DNA of 64,000 nucleotides from Psilocybe cubensis (Eukaryota): NCBI GenBank assembly GCA_017499595.2, contig CM039005.1, positions 434,001 to 498,000 of the forward strand, read 5' to 3'. Shown piece by piece: positions 1 to 11,008 of this stretch (position 1 is its first letter; each line of letters starts with the position of its first letter). The notes under the pieces were generated by a model. It saw only the letters and a program-made list of their open reading frames with translations, ran no database searches and was not told where the DNA came from. The position numbers and the translations under genes were made by a program.

Positions 1-272
1 AGGTCTTCAACATAACCCGCGATGATACCACTGTCCATGATCAATCTGTAAAACGAGTCTACACGGTGAACGTCAATGGTAACATGAGAATATAAAAGTT
101 TCTGCGAGCGAGCACGAAATGAACGACAGATTAACGAAGAGCTAAAGAGGGCGCTATTGTGGCTTGGGCTTGAGTTTAAGCTTGCCAAGTTCACTTCGCT
201 GGGCTCGACCAGGGCGTCGATGATCCTGTCGATAAGCTCTTGCGATAGTTTCGAGATGGGGGAAGGAGCCAT
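1..272 (-). CDS. F-box-like hypothetical protein, N-terminal part (runs off window start)
   Basis: Manual translation from ATG at 272: MAPSPISKLSQELIDRIIDAL...SSLICRSFRARSQKLLYSHVTI...IAGYVED, the agaric F-box-like pattern LxxELxxxIID...SLxCRxF...LY. Confidence 0.65.
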   Translation of the reverse strand, partial: MAPSPISKLSQELIDRIIDALVEPSEVNLASLNSSPSHNSALFSSSLICRSFRARSQKLLYSHVTIDVHRVDSFYRLIMDSGIIAGYVED

Positions 273-946
273 GGTGTGAAATCGATTAATCTTTCCAAAT
301 TCCGGCTGACTGCTCCACCTCCCAGGATTACTGTGCATCCGAATAGCAAATCCGTTTTATGCACAGAGTCTAGACCTCTTGAATTAGAACGACAAACAAA
401 TGCTGTGTCACAAAGGAGGAGTAAAATTTGGACACATTCCAAAGCTAGCCGCCTCAGTAGTTAGCTTTGAGTGAAAACGACCGTGGCATGTGTCAGGTCC
501 ATGTCTGCCGACTTCCAGCCAAAGGGAACAATCGATCAATCAAACCGAATCTGTAAACTTCAATTCTTCATGAGCGCCTACCCTGTGCACCAAGAGTATA
601 TAAATGTAATCTTATTGTCCAATCACATTGCAAGAAAATATTGTTTTGGTCCATTCATTGCTACAATTTCTAAACGCGAAGACAAATCAGGTTGACTATA
701 GGATGACTAGCTGGCACTTAGCCACGCACCACGCATCACAAAAATGGACCCGCTTCACTCGTTTGCACGGATGGTGTTCACATACATAATCAGAAACACA
801 ACGATAAAAAATCCAAAAGGCAGACAGACAAGATGGAAAGGAATCGAAGAGTCTGTCATCAACATTACAAGAAAATCAAAGTTCAAACGCTCAGATTGAA
901 TAATTCGAAAAAGCATAATTTCAGAGTAATGGAAATATTTGAAAAA

Positions 947-3390
947 TTACATTCCATCGGACTGCATGGGGGCGATTTGACCACCCTTAGCGGCAGATGG
1001 AGTGAAGGTATGCCAACGATCATTGAAACGGACGTCTGTGTAAGGGTAAGAAAAGCATGGATGAACGTCGTCAATATAGTGCCACAAACAATCAACACTT
1101 TTAGCAACATACCCAGTGGGCGGCCGCCATACATATATTGTTGGAATTTAGCTACAGAGGGAAGATATGATGAGGAGACATTGCTAAACAGTTAACAGGT
1201 GACTTACCGATAGCCGTTTCAGCCTCCGCTGTTTGTGCGAACTGGACGACACCACAGCCTTTGGAACGAGTGCCGTCAAATAAGATTTCAGCCAGCTCGA
1301 CCTGACCAGTGGTTTCGAACAACTCGACCAAGTCCTCATTTGCAGTAGACCAGGGCAACTGATTATCAAAAACCTTTTTTCAGAAACCAATTTCCGCAAA
1401 TGGTGGAGTAGAATGACTTACGTTGCGAACCATGATCTGCTGACTTGGGTCGCCTTCACTGAAATTACCCGCGCCGCCATAGCCGGATCCTCCACCATAG
1501 CTGTTCATGCGCAATCCCCCGCTGCCACCTGAAGCACCCTGCTGATCAGGGCCAGGATAGTCGGCATACAGATCCTGATCAGAGAAATCGCGGCCACCAC
1601 CTGCCTGTGAAAATCCACCGCGGAATCCTCCTCGCAATCCACCACCGCGCAGTCCGCGTCCGAGGCCACGAGGCCCACCGCGCAAGCCGCCTCGGAAACC
1701 GGAGCCAGAAAGACCAGCATATCGGTCCTGTCAAAAGATTGTCAAAATTGGGTAAAATTGCGTGATAAGACAGGACGTGACATACTTCTCTGACTTCAAG
1801 TGTGCGACCGTACCAGTCGAAGCCGTGATACATACCTGCCGAGAAAATAAGTCAAACGGATACGGTGTCGCCAAAGGACCTACTGATAGCTTGTTGAGCA
1901 TCTTTTGGTGTTTCGAACACCACGGTACCAGATCCTTTGGGCCTTCCGTCTGCGCCAATGTTAATATCAGCGCGGATGATGTTACCAGCAGACCGGAAAA
2001 GATCTTTGAGATCTTGCCAGCCGGCTTGGTAAGGCAGCTACACCATTGACGAGGATTAAGTATACAACATTTTGTAAATTTGTGTATCAATATAACTCAC
2101 GTTACCAACGTACAGTTGGTTCCCAGGATTAGAATGGGTACCAAAATAATTGTGCGAGGGTGGGCGCGGTGGAGGTGCCGCATTCAAACCTTGTCCAGCC
2201 ATAGCCATACCAATTTTACCTGGCACTGGAGTAGCACCAAACCTGGCTTCGTTCTCACGGTCCTAAAAATTATTAGAAAGCATGTCACATACGTACTAGT
2301 GTAAAACGTACTTCACGAATGAATACAGGACGACCTAGCATTGGTTGTTCAGACAATTCGCGGATGGCACGTTGAGCGTCTTCAGACGATGCGAATTCGA
2401 CGATGCTTTAAAGATGTGTTAGCTAAGAGTAGAATTCGTCACAGAAAGCGTTAAGCTCACCCGCATCCTTTTGAAACCCCTGTTGGAGTAACGAGAACTT
2501 CGGCGAAGAGAACCTCACCAGCTGCCAACCAAAAACTCCCATCAATATCCTCTTCAACAGCTCTACCATTCCAGAAAAAGGTTCAAAAAAGGCGCTCGAT
2601 CCGCAGCAACACTCATCCTCCCCAATCTCTCGAGCACCAGTTCATCGGAGAGGCCTGCTTCAAAAATCCACAACAACGGGATACACCGGCACCAAACCAT
2701 ATAATATCAAAAAGGCTAAAATTCCCCCACCCACCTCCCCTCATGAATTCCATTAGGTCACGATACTTGACGTCGTAACTTAAATTGCCGACGTAGACTC
2801 GATTTTCTCTCTTGCTGATTTTGGCGAATTCGACAGCTTCCTCATGGTCAGCATTCATGGGCCCGCCGAGCGACCGAGAAAACGTGTCATTCGTTTTTCG
2901 GTCTCGGCTGCGGGACCTGCTCCTGGACCTAGAACGGGTGCGAGAACGAGTGCGGGAGCGGCGACGACGACGTGGAGACGCCGAACGCCTTCTGGAGCGA
3001 GAGCGGGAGCGAGTCCTCGAACGCCTACGGCGCTTGATGGAGTTCAGAAGCCATGCAGTAGTTTAGAATGCAAAAACACATACATCGCTTGAACGTCTCT
3101 CGGGTTCCCAATGGTCACCGACTCTGGGACGTGGACGCCCTACATCGGGGTTGATACGACATCAATGTTGAGTTTTTTGGATGCTTACCGGAGTCGCGTC
3201 TGTCGCCACGATCACGATCCCTGTCCCTGTCCTTGTCGCTGCGATCTCTCCTATCCCTGTCGCGGTCGTAGTCGCGGTCTCGCAAATCCCTATCCTTGTC
3301 ACGGTCATAATCGCGCCCATTGCCTCCATTCGTTGGGGGAATGATTCCCTTATCATCATTGTCGTCCTTGTTTTTCATGTCGACATCCAT
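947..3390 (-). CDS. GBP2: Gbp2/Hrb1-like SR-type RNA-binding protein with three RRMs (multi-exon)
   Basis: N-terminal RD/RS dipeptide repeats. RRM1 RVYVGNLSYDVKYRDL; RRM2 with AGWQDLKDLFR; RGG-rich linker; RRM3 QIMVRN..PWSTANEDLVELFETTG..SKGCGVVQF; ends DVRFNDRWHTF...GM* (stop at 947). GT-AG introns. Confidence 0.85.
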
Positions 3391-3701
3391 GGCGTAAGAA
3401 TGCTTTCAGATAAAGAAAATATGAAAAATAAGTGTAGAAGTTGGGGAAAAGGAGTGAGACGGAATTTGGGCAAACAGTTGCAGTCATTTTTTCTTGGTGT
3501 GTGCGGGTGGGAATAAATGACGGAGCCTGATTTTTTGATCTCCGTTTGACCAGTGACCATGTGCCGTTCTATAGCCTAATCGGGAAATTTGGTTCCGGTC
3601 CTGACGCCAAATACCGCCAACACATTCCAAAAAATTCGTTCCAACTTTTGCTCCGCACCTCCACCTCAAGTCCTTGTTCAATCCATCACAAACTCACTGT
3701 A

Positions 3702-4814
3702 ATGTCTGCCATCGCCGCTCTCCGCAACGTCACCCGCGTTGGCCCTGCCAGGCTCGCTGCCGGAATGCGCGTTTCAATGGTGTCTACAATGGTTCGCCCA
3801 ATGTCGAAGATGACCGTGGCCAAAGTGGCGGGAGCTAGAGCTTTTTCAGCTACCTCTGGACGCCTTGGAAGTGGCTCGTGTGAGTATGAACAGATAATTG
3901 CACAGCTCAGGATGTTGGGTCACTCTCAGCATGGGCTCGCGTCATTGAGACACGACACGATCGCTGACTCGGGTTTTGTTTCAACCAGCCGACCTTGCTC
4001 TTTCGCAAAAGCTACAGGAAGAGCTCAAGTACGAACAAGAGGCCCTTGCAGAGCAGGCAGACGTCACCCCCGAGTTCTTGAAATCTTTCCTCGAGCAGGG
4101 TGTTTGGTCGGTGAGTCCAACGCAGACGGGTATCACTTTGCACCCCAATTAATAAACTGTTCCAGATTGACGATGTCCGTGGCAATGACGAAGTGACTAT
4201 GTTCCGAAAGTTCGGTGATGAGAAGTATGTAACTACCTTATATATTGCTACTTATCTTTTCTAATTCGCTGCAGCCTCCGCCTAATGTTCTCCATCGCAG
4301 ACATTGCTCCAGAAGAGAACTTTGATATGGAAGGTGAGAGTGAGGAGGACCAAACACCCATTCCCGCCATTCGGGTGTCTCTATCCATCACTAAGGTATG
4401 CAGGTCGTTTAAGTTGGTTTTCCTAATTTACCAACATGTAAATTGTAGAACAACGGTCCTGGAGCTATGAACGTCGACCTGATTTGTGAGGACACCCATA
4501 TGACCGTTGAGAACATCTCATTCTATGATGATGCCAAACTGGGTACCGAGCTTACCGCGGAGGCTGACTGGAACCGTCGTGGCCTCTATATTGGTCCTCA
4601 GGTAAATGTTTGACTATTTCAGTCATATCCATGTAACTGACGGCAACAGTTCGAGACCCTCGATGTTGGCGTGCAAGACGAGTTTGAGAAGTATCTCCAG
4701 GAGCGTGGTATCAACGAATCTCTGGCTACCTTCATCCCTGAATATGCCGCCCACAAAGAGCAGCAAGAATACGTCAAGTGGTTGGGTAAGGTCAAGAACT
4801 TCATCGACCTCTAA
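3702..4814 (+). CDS. MAM33: Mitochondrial acidic matrix protein (MAM33/p32 family)
   Basis: Arg/Ser/Ala-rich presequence (MSAIAALRNVTR...RAFSATS), LSQKLQEELKYE, YIGPQFETLDVGVQDEFEKYLQERGINESLATFIPEYAAHKEQQEYVKWL; divergent from GBP2 across ~310 bp. Confidence 0.92.
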
Positions 4815-5560
4815 ACACTTCACCTCCCAAAAGTACACCGCCAACATTGTGACCATCTACTTACTACGAATAACATCAATACTTCCTGTTTTCAGTATAA
4901 TGTGCTTTGCTACTACCACCACTCATAGACACAGTAATCCATATATTTGTTGACACATTTAGTCACGGGTCCAGTATGATTCCCAACCAGAGCATTTGGC
5001 AGGTTCGTTTTCATTCTTTTTTTCACTTCAACACCAAATATTGTCCCAACTTTAATGAGTTTTTTAAATTGTGAGTTAACCTCCCCTACTAATTGCAATT
5101 CCTTCCATCTAAACTGTGTTGCGGTAGGTCCCTCCGGTTATCGTCGCCAATGGGAAAATAAAGTTCTTATCAAGCCACCCCCGAACAAATGATCCGTGAA
5201 GGATTTACCAGTGGAGTGGCTAATAAATTAGAACCTCCCAAGGTCTATCACCGAGACCATGTGTGCTATAGTTTGCATCGGCGCTTTGGCGTTTCCGCAA
5301 GATGTATTGTTATATTACAATCTCTGGAGTAGCCTAGATACGCGTGCCTAATGAAACGGATATAAGAAGCTGGGTGTGTTGAAGTGCTGTCTTTCCGGTG
5401 TCGCAGGTCGCCCCCTCAAGAACGAGTCCGTCTTAACATCAAGGTCTGTCTCTTCTTCTATTCGCGTCACTGATGAAACTTCAACCTGCTCAACTCGGCT
5501 CTTTTTTATTATAGCTGCTGGTCGGCTTCTCTCTCCATCGAATCTCTGGGTTAGATCACG

Positions 5561-7149
5561 ATGAAAAATCAAATGCACATACACGCTGGGCTGGTTCTGT
5601 CGTTGTTGTTCTTTTTGAACACCTTGCTATGTAAGTTTAGTATCTGGGATGCACCTCGATAAATGATATTAATTGTGACCTGGTATATTTCCGCTAGCTG
5701 CTTACGCTGCCCCATTGAACTACGACATAATTGATCCTTCGAGGCATGGACAGACGCACGAAACGGACAAGGACATCGCTGCTTTGCACCAGGCCACACA
5801 TGATGGTATTTTCATTTCTCGACTATTTAACGATTTCCTCGAAAAAGAACTCACACTATATTCTCTTATAACCAGCAAACCATCAGATCGACCGAATGCA
5901 TCATGTAGTTGAGAACCACCACAAGCCATACAACCATCTTATCCTCACTAAGGCCTTTGGTAAAAAATACAACATCCAGGAAATCAAGAAGAACGTAGGC
6001 TTGCTTAAGTCCTCCACTGTCAAGGTCGAGACCGTGCGGCACGACCTGGGCGGCGCCAACGCAAAGACCACGCGGCCTGATGGTCATCTTCACTTCGACC
6101 ACAAGTACTACACCGCGAAGACAGACCGTGAACGAGCTGGAACGCTTATCCACGAGTCTGCTCATTCGTTGTTTAATACGCACGACCATTTTACGAATGA
6201 CCGTGATCATAGCAAAATTCGTGCCATTTCTTCAGGCGAGAAGAAGAGACTGGAGGCGGCCCACAAAGCATCGAAATCGCAGGATCACCGTCCTATTACG
6301 CTTTCAGGCTGTATGTGCACATGCATATCTTCCACGATAACTGACACTTAAGTATTGTCTTTTCCAGATGTCAAGCAATCGGATTATAACACACTCAAAG
6401 CGAAGGCATCCCATGTCATGCACCACAATTCTGACGCGTACAAGGTTCTCGGGCATCTGTCGACATACGGACTTCTTGCGCCAATGGACAAGGACAAGAA
6501 ACGGAAGCACCCAATGGTCGACAACCACGGAATACCCTCCAAGCTAGTCAAACATGGAGGCTCTATGATCCCGATATCAACTAAGAAACTGTCGGACAAG
6601 AAACACCCTGTCATCAACCCGTACACCTCTAAGCCGCTTGGCATGCCGAAAACACCTTCCGAGCATCACAAGCATAGTCCTGGATCTCATGTCCACAAAT
6701 CAGGGTCCCACCCTCCTTCCAAAATACCGGTTCATAGTGGCCTTGCCAAAATTCGCCATGAAAAAGCGAAGGCAGAGCGACTATCTCCGGACGCTCGTCT
6801 CAGACTATACAGCCAAGTCTCCCATGGTGCGCATCAGAACAGCCACATCTTGGAGGCTGGAAAGCACGCGCAGAACTCGAGAAACAAAGGCGTTGTTCGC
6901 GAGAAGCCTTTGCCTCCTCTTCCTCATGAGACTGACGCGCATGCCGCGCATCAACATAACAATCACCCGGCCGCGCATGCGCACGCTGCTTCTCAACACA
7001 ATCACCCTACTACGACGCCAGGATCTCGGAGTCAGTCGCGTCAGGGTGCCCATCCCCACGCCCCTTTAAAGAGGCCGACTTCGCCGCCACGCGGCCCTCG
7101 CGCGATGAGTCCTGCTAAGCGCCCAAGCTCTCAGAACAAAAGGCATTGA
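5561..7149 (+). CDS. Secreted M35-like (aspzincin/deuterolysin-type) zinc metallopeptidase with a long His/Lys/Pro-rich basic C-terminal tail; 4 exons
   Basis: Signal peptide MKNQMHIHAGLVLSLLFFLNTLLSAYA|AP after splicing; GTLIHESAHSLFNTHDH (HExxH followed by TxD) and downstream NSDAY motif typical of M35; ORF 6355-7149 provides the low-complexity tail. Confidence 0.75.
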
Positions 7150-7407
7150 TTATGTACATACCTTGTTAACCACTTTAGCCTTTGCTTCTACAAGGCTTGG
7201 CTCCTTGATGATTAATCGAAATTCGTGCGAACGCAACACTAGAAGTTCATGATGTAAGGTGTTCGACGTATATTTATTTCTATGTTGCGTTGAGACAATC
7301 AGAGGTATTGTGACGGAGCGATGGAAGGATGGAAATCAATAAATATGATATATAACTAATGGCAATAAATGTTAAGCAAGGAGTGTATTGAGCCGAAGTC
7401 ACGATAA

Positions 7408-8830
7408 TTAATTATGTTGGCTGGAATTATCCCAGGAAGAAAGCTCATAAGCGCTTTCTGTGGGGGCTGTAGCAAGAGTAGAAATAGGCAATGATCTACG
7501 GGAGGCGAGCGTCGAATGAAAGGAGCTCTCTGTTGAGTTGATGATGGTTGAAAAGATAAACTCTGTGACCGACTCCCTTCGAGCGCTTGAATATTTGAGC
7601 TTGTGCATACTGAGTACAAGTCTACAAGACTGATTATGCAATGGATATTTTAGTATTTCTTCTCAAGGATTGCAACAAAAGCTATGTGATGAAAACAATG
7701 TTGGACTCACAGTCATAGAGATGAACGTTGTCGGCCATCTGTCAAAGCGATTTGTTAGCGTGAGACGCTTAAATACATCAAAAAGATGGCATACACAAAT
7801 ATAATGAATGGATTGACTGATTGGGTGGCAAAGGAATATGGAATCATGATTGCTGCCAAAACTATACAGTAGTAGAATCAGTAAGTAGTGCCCAAACAGC
7901 ATGAAAGTGCAGTACCTCCAAATACTGCTAGGGTCCAGTGACTTTCTCTCACTACTAACGATAGCACCGCTGCTTGTGCAATTTTACGTTTCTTAAAAGC
8001 TGCTAACCAAACTGCCGCCTGGGACACAATGGTTAAAATGCTGGGGAATAGGTTTAAGCACAAAGAGATCAAACAAATGTTGGTCGTTATAAATATACTG
8101 ACCCTAGTGGTAGAGCTTCTATTGGGGTGTGATAAAGATCGCAAGTGTCGCTAAAGGCGTCATCTTTGAACACCGCACGGCCCACGACAACCAGGGCGAC
8201 GACGTGTTGACCTATAAGCGGAAGGGCCAAAGCAAGTATTTTTGAATCCTTCATATATAAAGCGTATACTGTAAACGTCAAAGATTCAGTATTCTATACC
8301 TATTATCTTCGCCGTCATGCTTACATCGTAGAAGTAAGATCAAGTTCATACAAACACCCATCATAATGCATCCCGAACCCAGAAGTGAAAACCAAATTTT
8401 ACACAAACTGGACGATACGGGCCCGTGAATAAGATATTTCTGAACAAATGTATAATGCATACTAATCATATATCAGTTATGTATAGAAAACGAGGCAAAT
8501 ATTGTACTCACATTTGAAGGCTAAGCGCCCAATACCGTGAGATTAGATAAAGAAATTGAGGAAGTCGGAATTTGGCCCTGTGAAAATGATTAGAGACGAA
8601 AGGGTTGCTGACTGATTACTTACTGCCAGATATACTTGTATTCCGACCTACACGACAAGACGTGATCTAACACAAGAACAGCGAGAGCTGCGACTAAAAG
8701 TTCTAGCTGAGATCAATAGCTATGATCATTCCGATAATGCCAACGACGTACACGAAGAATAGTTACGTGCATCAATGGCACGCTGCTCATGCTGGATTCT
8801 CGTGCTAATGTTCTGTAGTAGAGATAACAT
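7408..8830 (-). CDS. DUF6533-type multi-pass membrane protein (multi-exon)
   Basis: N-terminal ARNYSS.AALAVLVLDHVLS..SEYKYIWQ, then LILLLR/VYALY, several hydrophobic segments, CRLVLSM and a Ser-rich tail; matches the expanded agaricomycete DUF6533 pattern. Confidence 0.75.
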
Positions 8831-11008
8831 AGAGAAAGACGGTTGAGAGCAAGTGATATGGAAGCGTGGTGCCTAGTTGTGCCCTTTAAGTATAATCCAA
8901 AAGCTTAAGGCTGAGGGGCAAGGGAGGGTTCGTTGTTGCGTTCCTAGTGAATAAGGTTCTTACGGTCGTAATATTGTCACAGAACTACCTGGCTCGGCAG
9001 GGTCGTCAGCCAATTGAATGGCAACGGTCTAGTAAATATTGGAGAGAACGACCACATCATTGAATAACGCTTTACGCAATGACATAATCTCTTTCGTCCG
9101 ACATCTGGAACTTGAATTACGACTCGTTGCAGCTGTTAGTCACATATCTACAACACAGGATGAAATTCTATTGGTCGCAATGTGATAAAGAGGTAGTGAA
9201 AGAGGGATGAGACCTGAATAACTGTGAGAGAGTGAAAGTGCACGGGCCGATTCTTATTAAGATTCAGAAATTGTATTGATAGTTTGATCATCTCAGGATC
9301 AACGGAGTATGGGATAATTATAAGTTATAAAAGTCTTTCACAGCGGTTATATGGCGGCGCATCATGATCAAACCCTGCACTAGCGCCTTCACGTGGCAAA
9401 TTTAAGCTCAAAGGTAGGTCCATGGATTTTAATTAGACCCACTTGGTACGGTTCCAACATGTGCAGCCTTCCTTGACTGCAAGAATGAACTTTTTCAAAT
9501 ACCAAAGCAGATATACTGTAAACCTAGAATCTAGGAGATGACCTCCTAATTGTCAAACAGTTGACCAACAATTCGCTCGGGCCCATTGAACGTAGACAAC
9601 GCTAATTTTGGAGTACACATGCCGATCAGTAATCGAGACCTTTAAATTCTAGTCACCTCAGGCGCTGTGTTACTCCGACATGAAGTAAAGATTCGATTGA
9701 AGCGTATAAAAATACTTCAAACTATCCGTCAGGAGTTATGAGAACGAGCGTCAAGGAACAAATGAACTGTCAATGTAACGTGTCATACTGGTATGAAATG
9801 ACTCTAACGTATTGAGATCATGTACCCCTCTCTGTCGTGTTTAAAACCTTGTCGGATCCTTCCAGTTACTTCCACGTGGATCGAATGAAGGAGAGGTCGA
9901 AGGTCGACGTTAAGCCTACGTATTATTCGAAAATTTGACTTGCATTGAGGATTTACAGGACTTGCCTCTCAGATAGATGGATCACCTTTAAAAGTACTAT
10001 CAAAAAAATAAAAAGTGAAGTGACGAAATAGCTTAATAAGGCGACGCTCCGCGACCAGGATATCATACAGATAAGTTATGTAAAGAGAAAGATAATTTAG
10101 TAGCGGTGTGTAAGCGCTCCCCACCATCCATGATATGTCATGTAGAAAGGCGAGTCTGGACTCTGGGCGACTTTAAGTTTTACCTATCTAGTTATTGACT
10201 ACATATTAGAATCCAGATTTCGTAAAAGTCAGGAATTATTCCGATTCTACTAACAACAAATACAAATGGAGTAAGATGCGTCAGAGTTCCAAAAATCTTG
10301 AACGAAATGACGAGAAGAGAATTTTCAATGGTAGCCTTGCAGAAGTGTTGAAGTACATTTATCCACTGGAATTAGCAGAGGGTCAAGAGAGATTGCATTG
10401 ATCGGTAAGTTAAGTGATTACATAGTTCAACAAGCGAGTGATGGAGTAAATTATCACTGAACAGGATGTGTCGGTCTCCTGGGAACGACAGCGTAGAAGC
10501 ATGATCTCGAAGCTGTGGGCGAGCCCAACACAGTTACAACTAAGTTCCTATGGTTATAATTATCTCTCACAAGGATTATCATACCTTGGGAAATTCCGAT
10601 CGGGGTTTGTAATGAAGCGACACACGGAGTCAAGGGAAGCTATAGACGTTTTGGCTATCAGAATACTTCTGAAACTTGACATTTGTTGTGCTATTGAACT
10701 CAAATCAAAACCAACACTATTACGACTCCCATTCCAATGCACAAGCTCTCCGTTTCACCCGACATACTGGGATAAGGTTTTCTCTACTTTTTTCTCCAAA
10801 TAAGAGCATGTGAATCGTTTTACTATTGCATGTTCATTAGCACAACGGTTAATACGTACACAATTTATTGTTAGTCGTCCAAAAAAATTACAGAGGGAAA
10901 ATTGGTGATAAATCCAGCATTGTAGGTGCAGAAGGTCCTTTGCTATTTAGTGAGAGAATAAAGGCCGGAGGCGAACTGACTGAAGGAGGATCTGTTAATT
11001 CTGTGTAA

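Noticed and set aside
2900..3320. Short nucleotide repeats as a CRISPR-like or satellite array
   Set aside because: They are the RS/RD dipeptide-coding region of the SR-like protein.
8900..10900. Two-kb gene-free stretch
   Set aside because: No repeats, RNA-gene motifs or credible ORF detected by eye.
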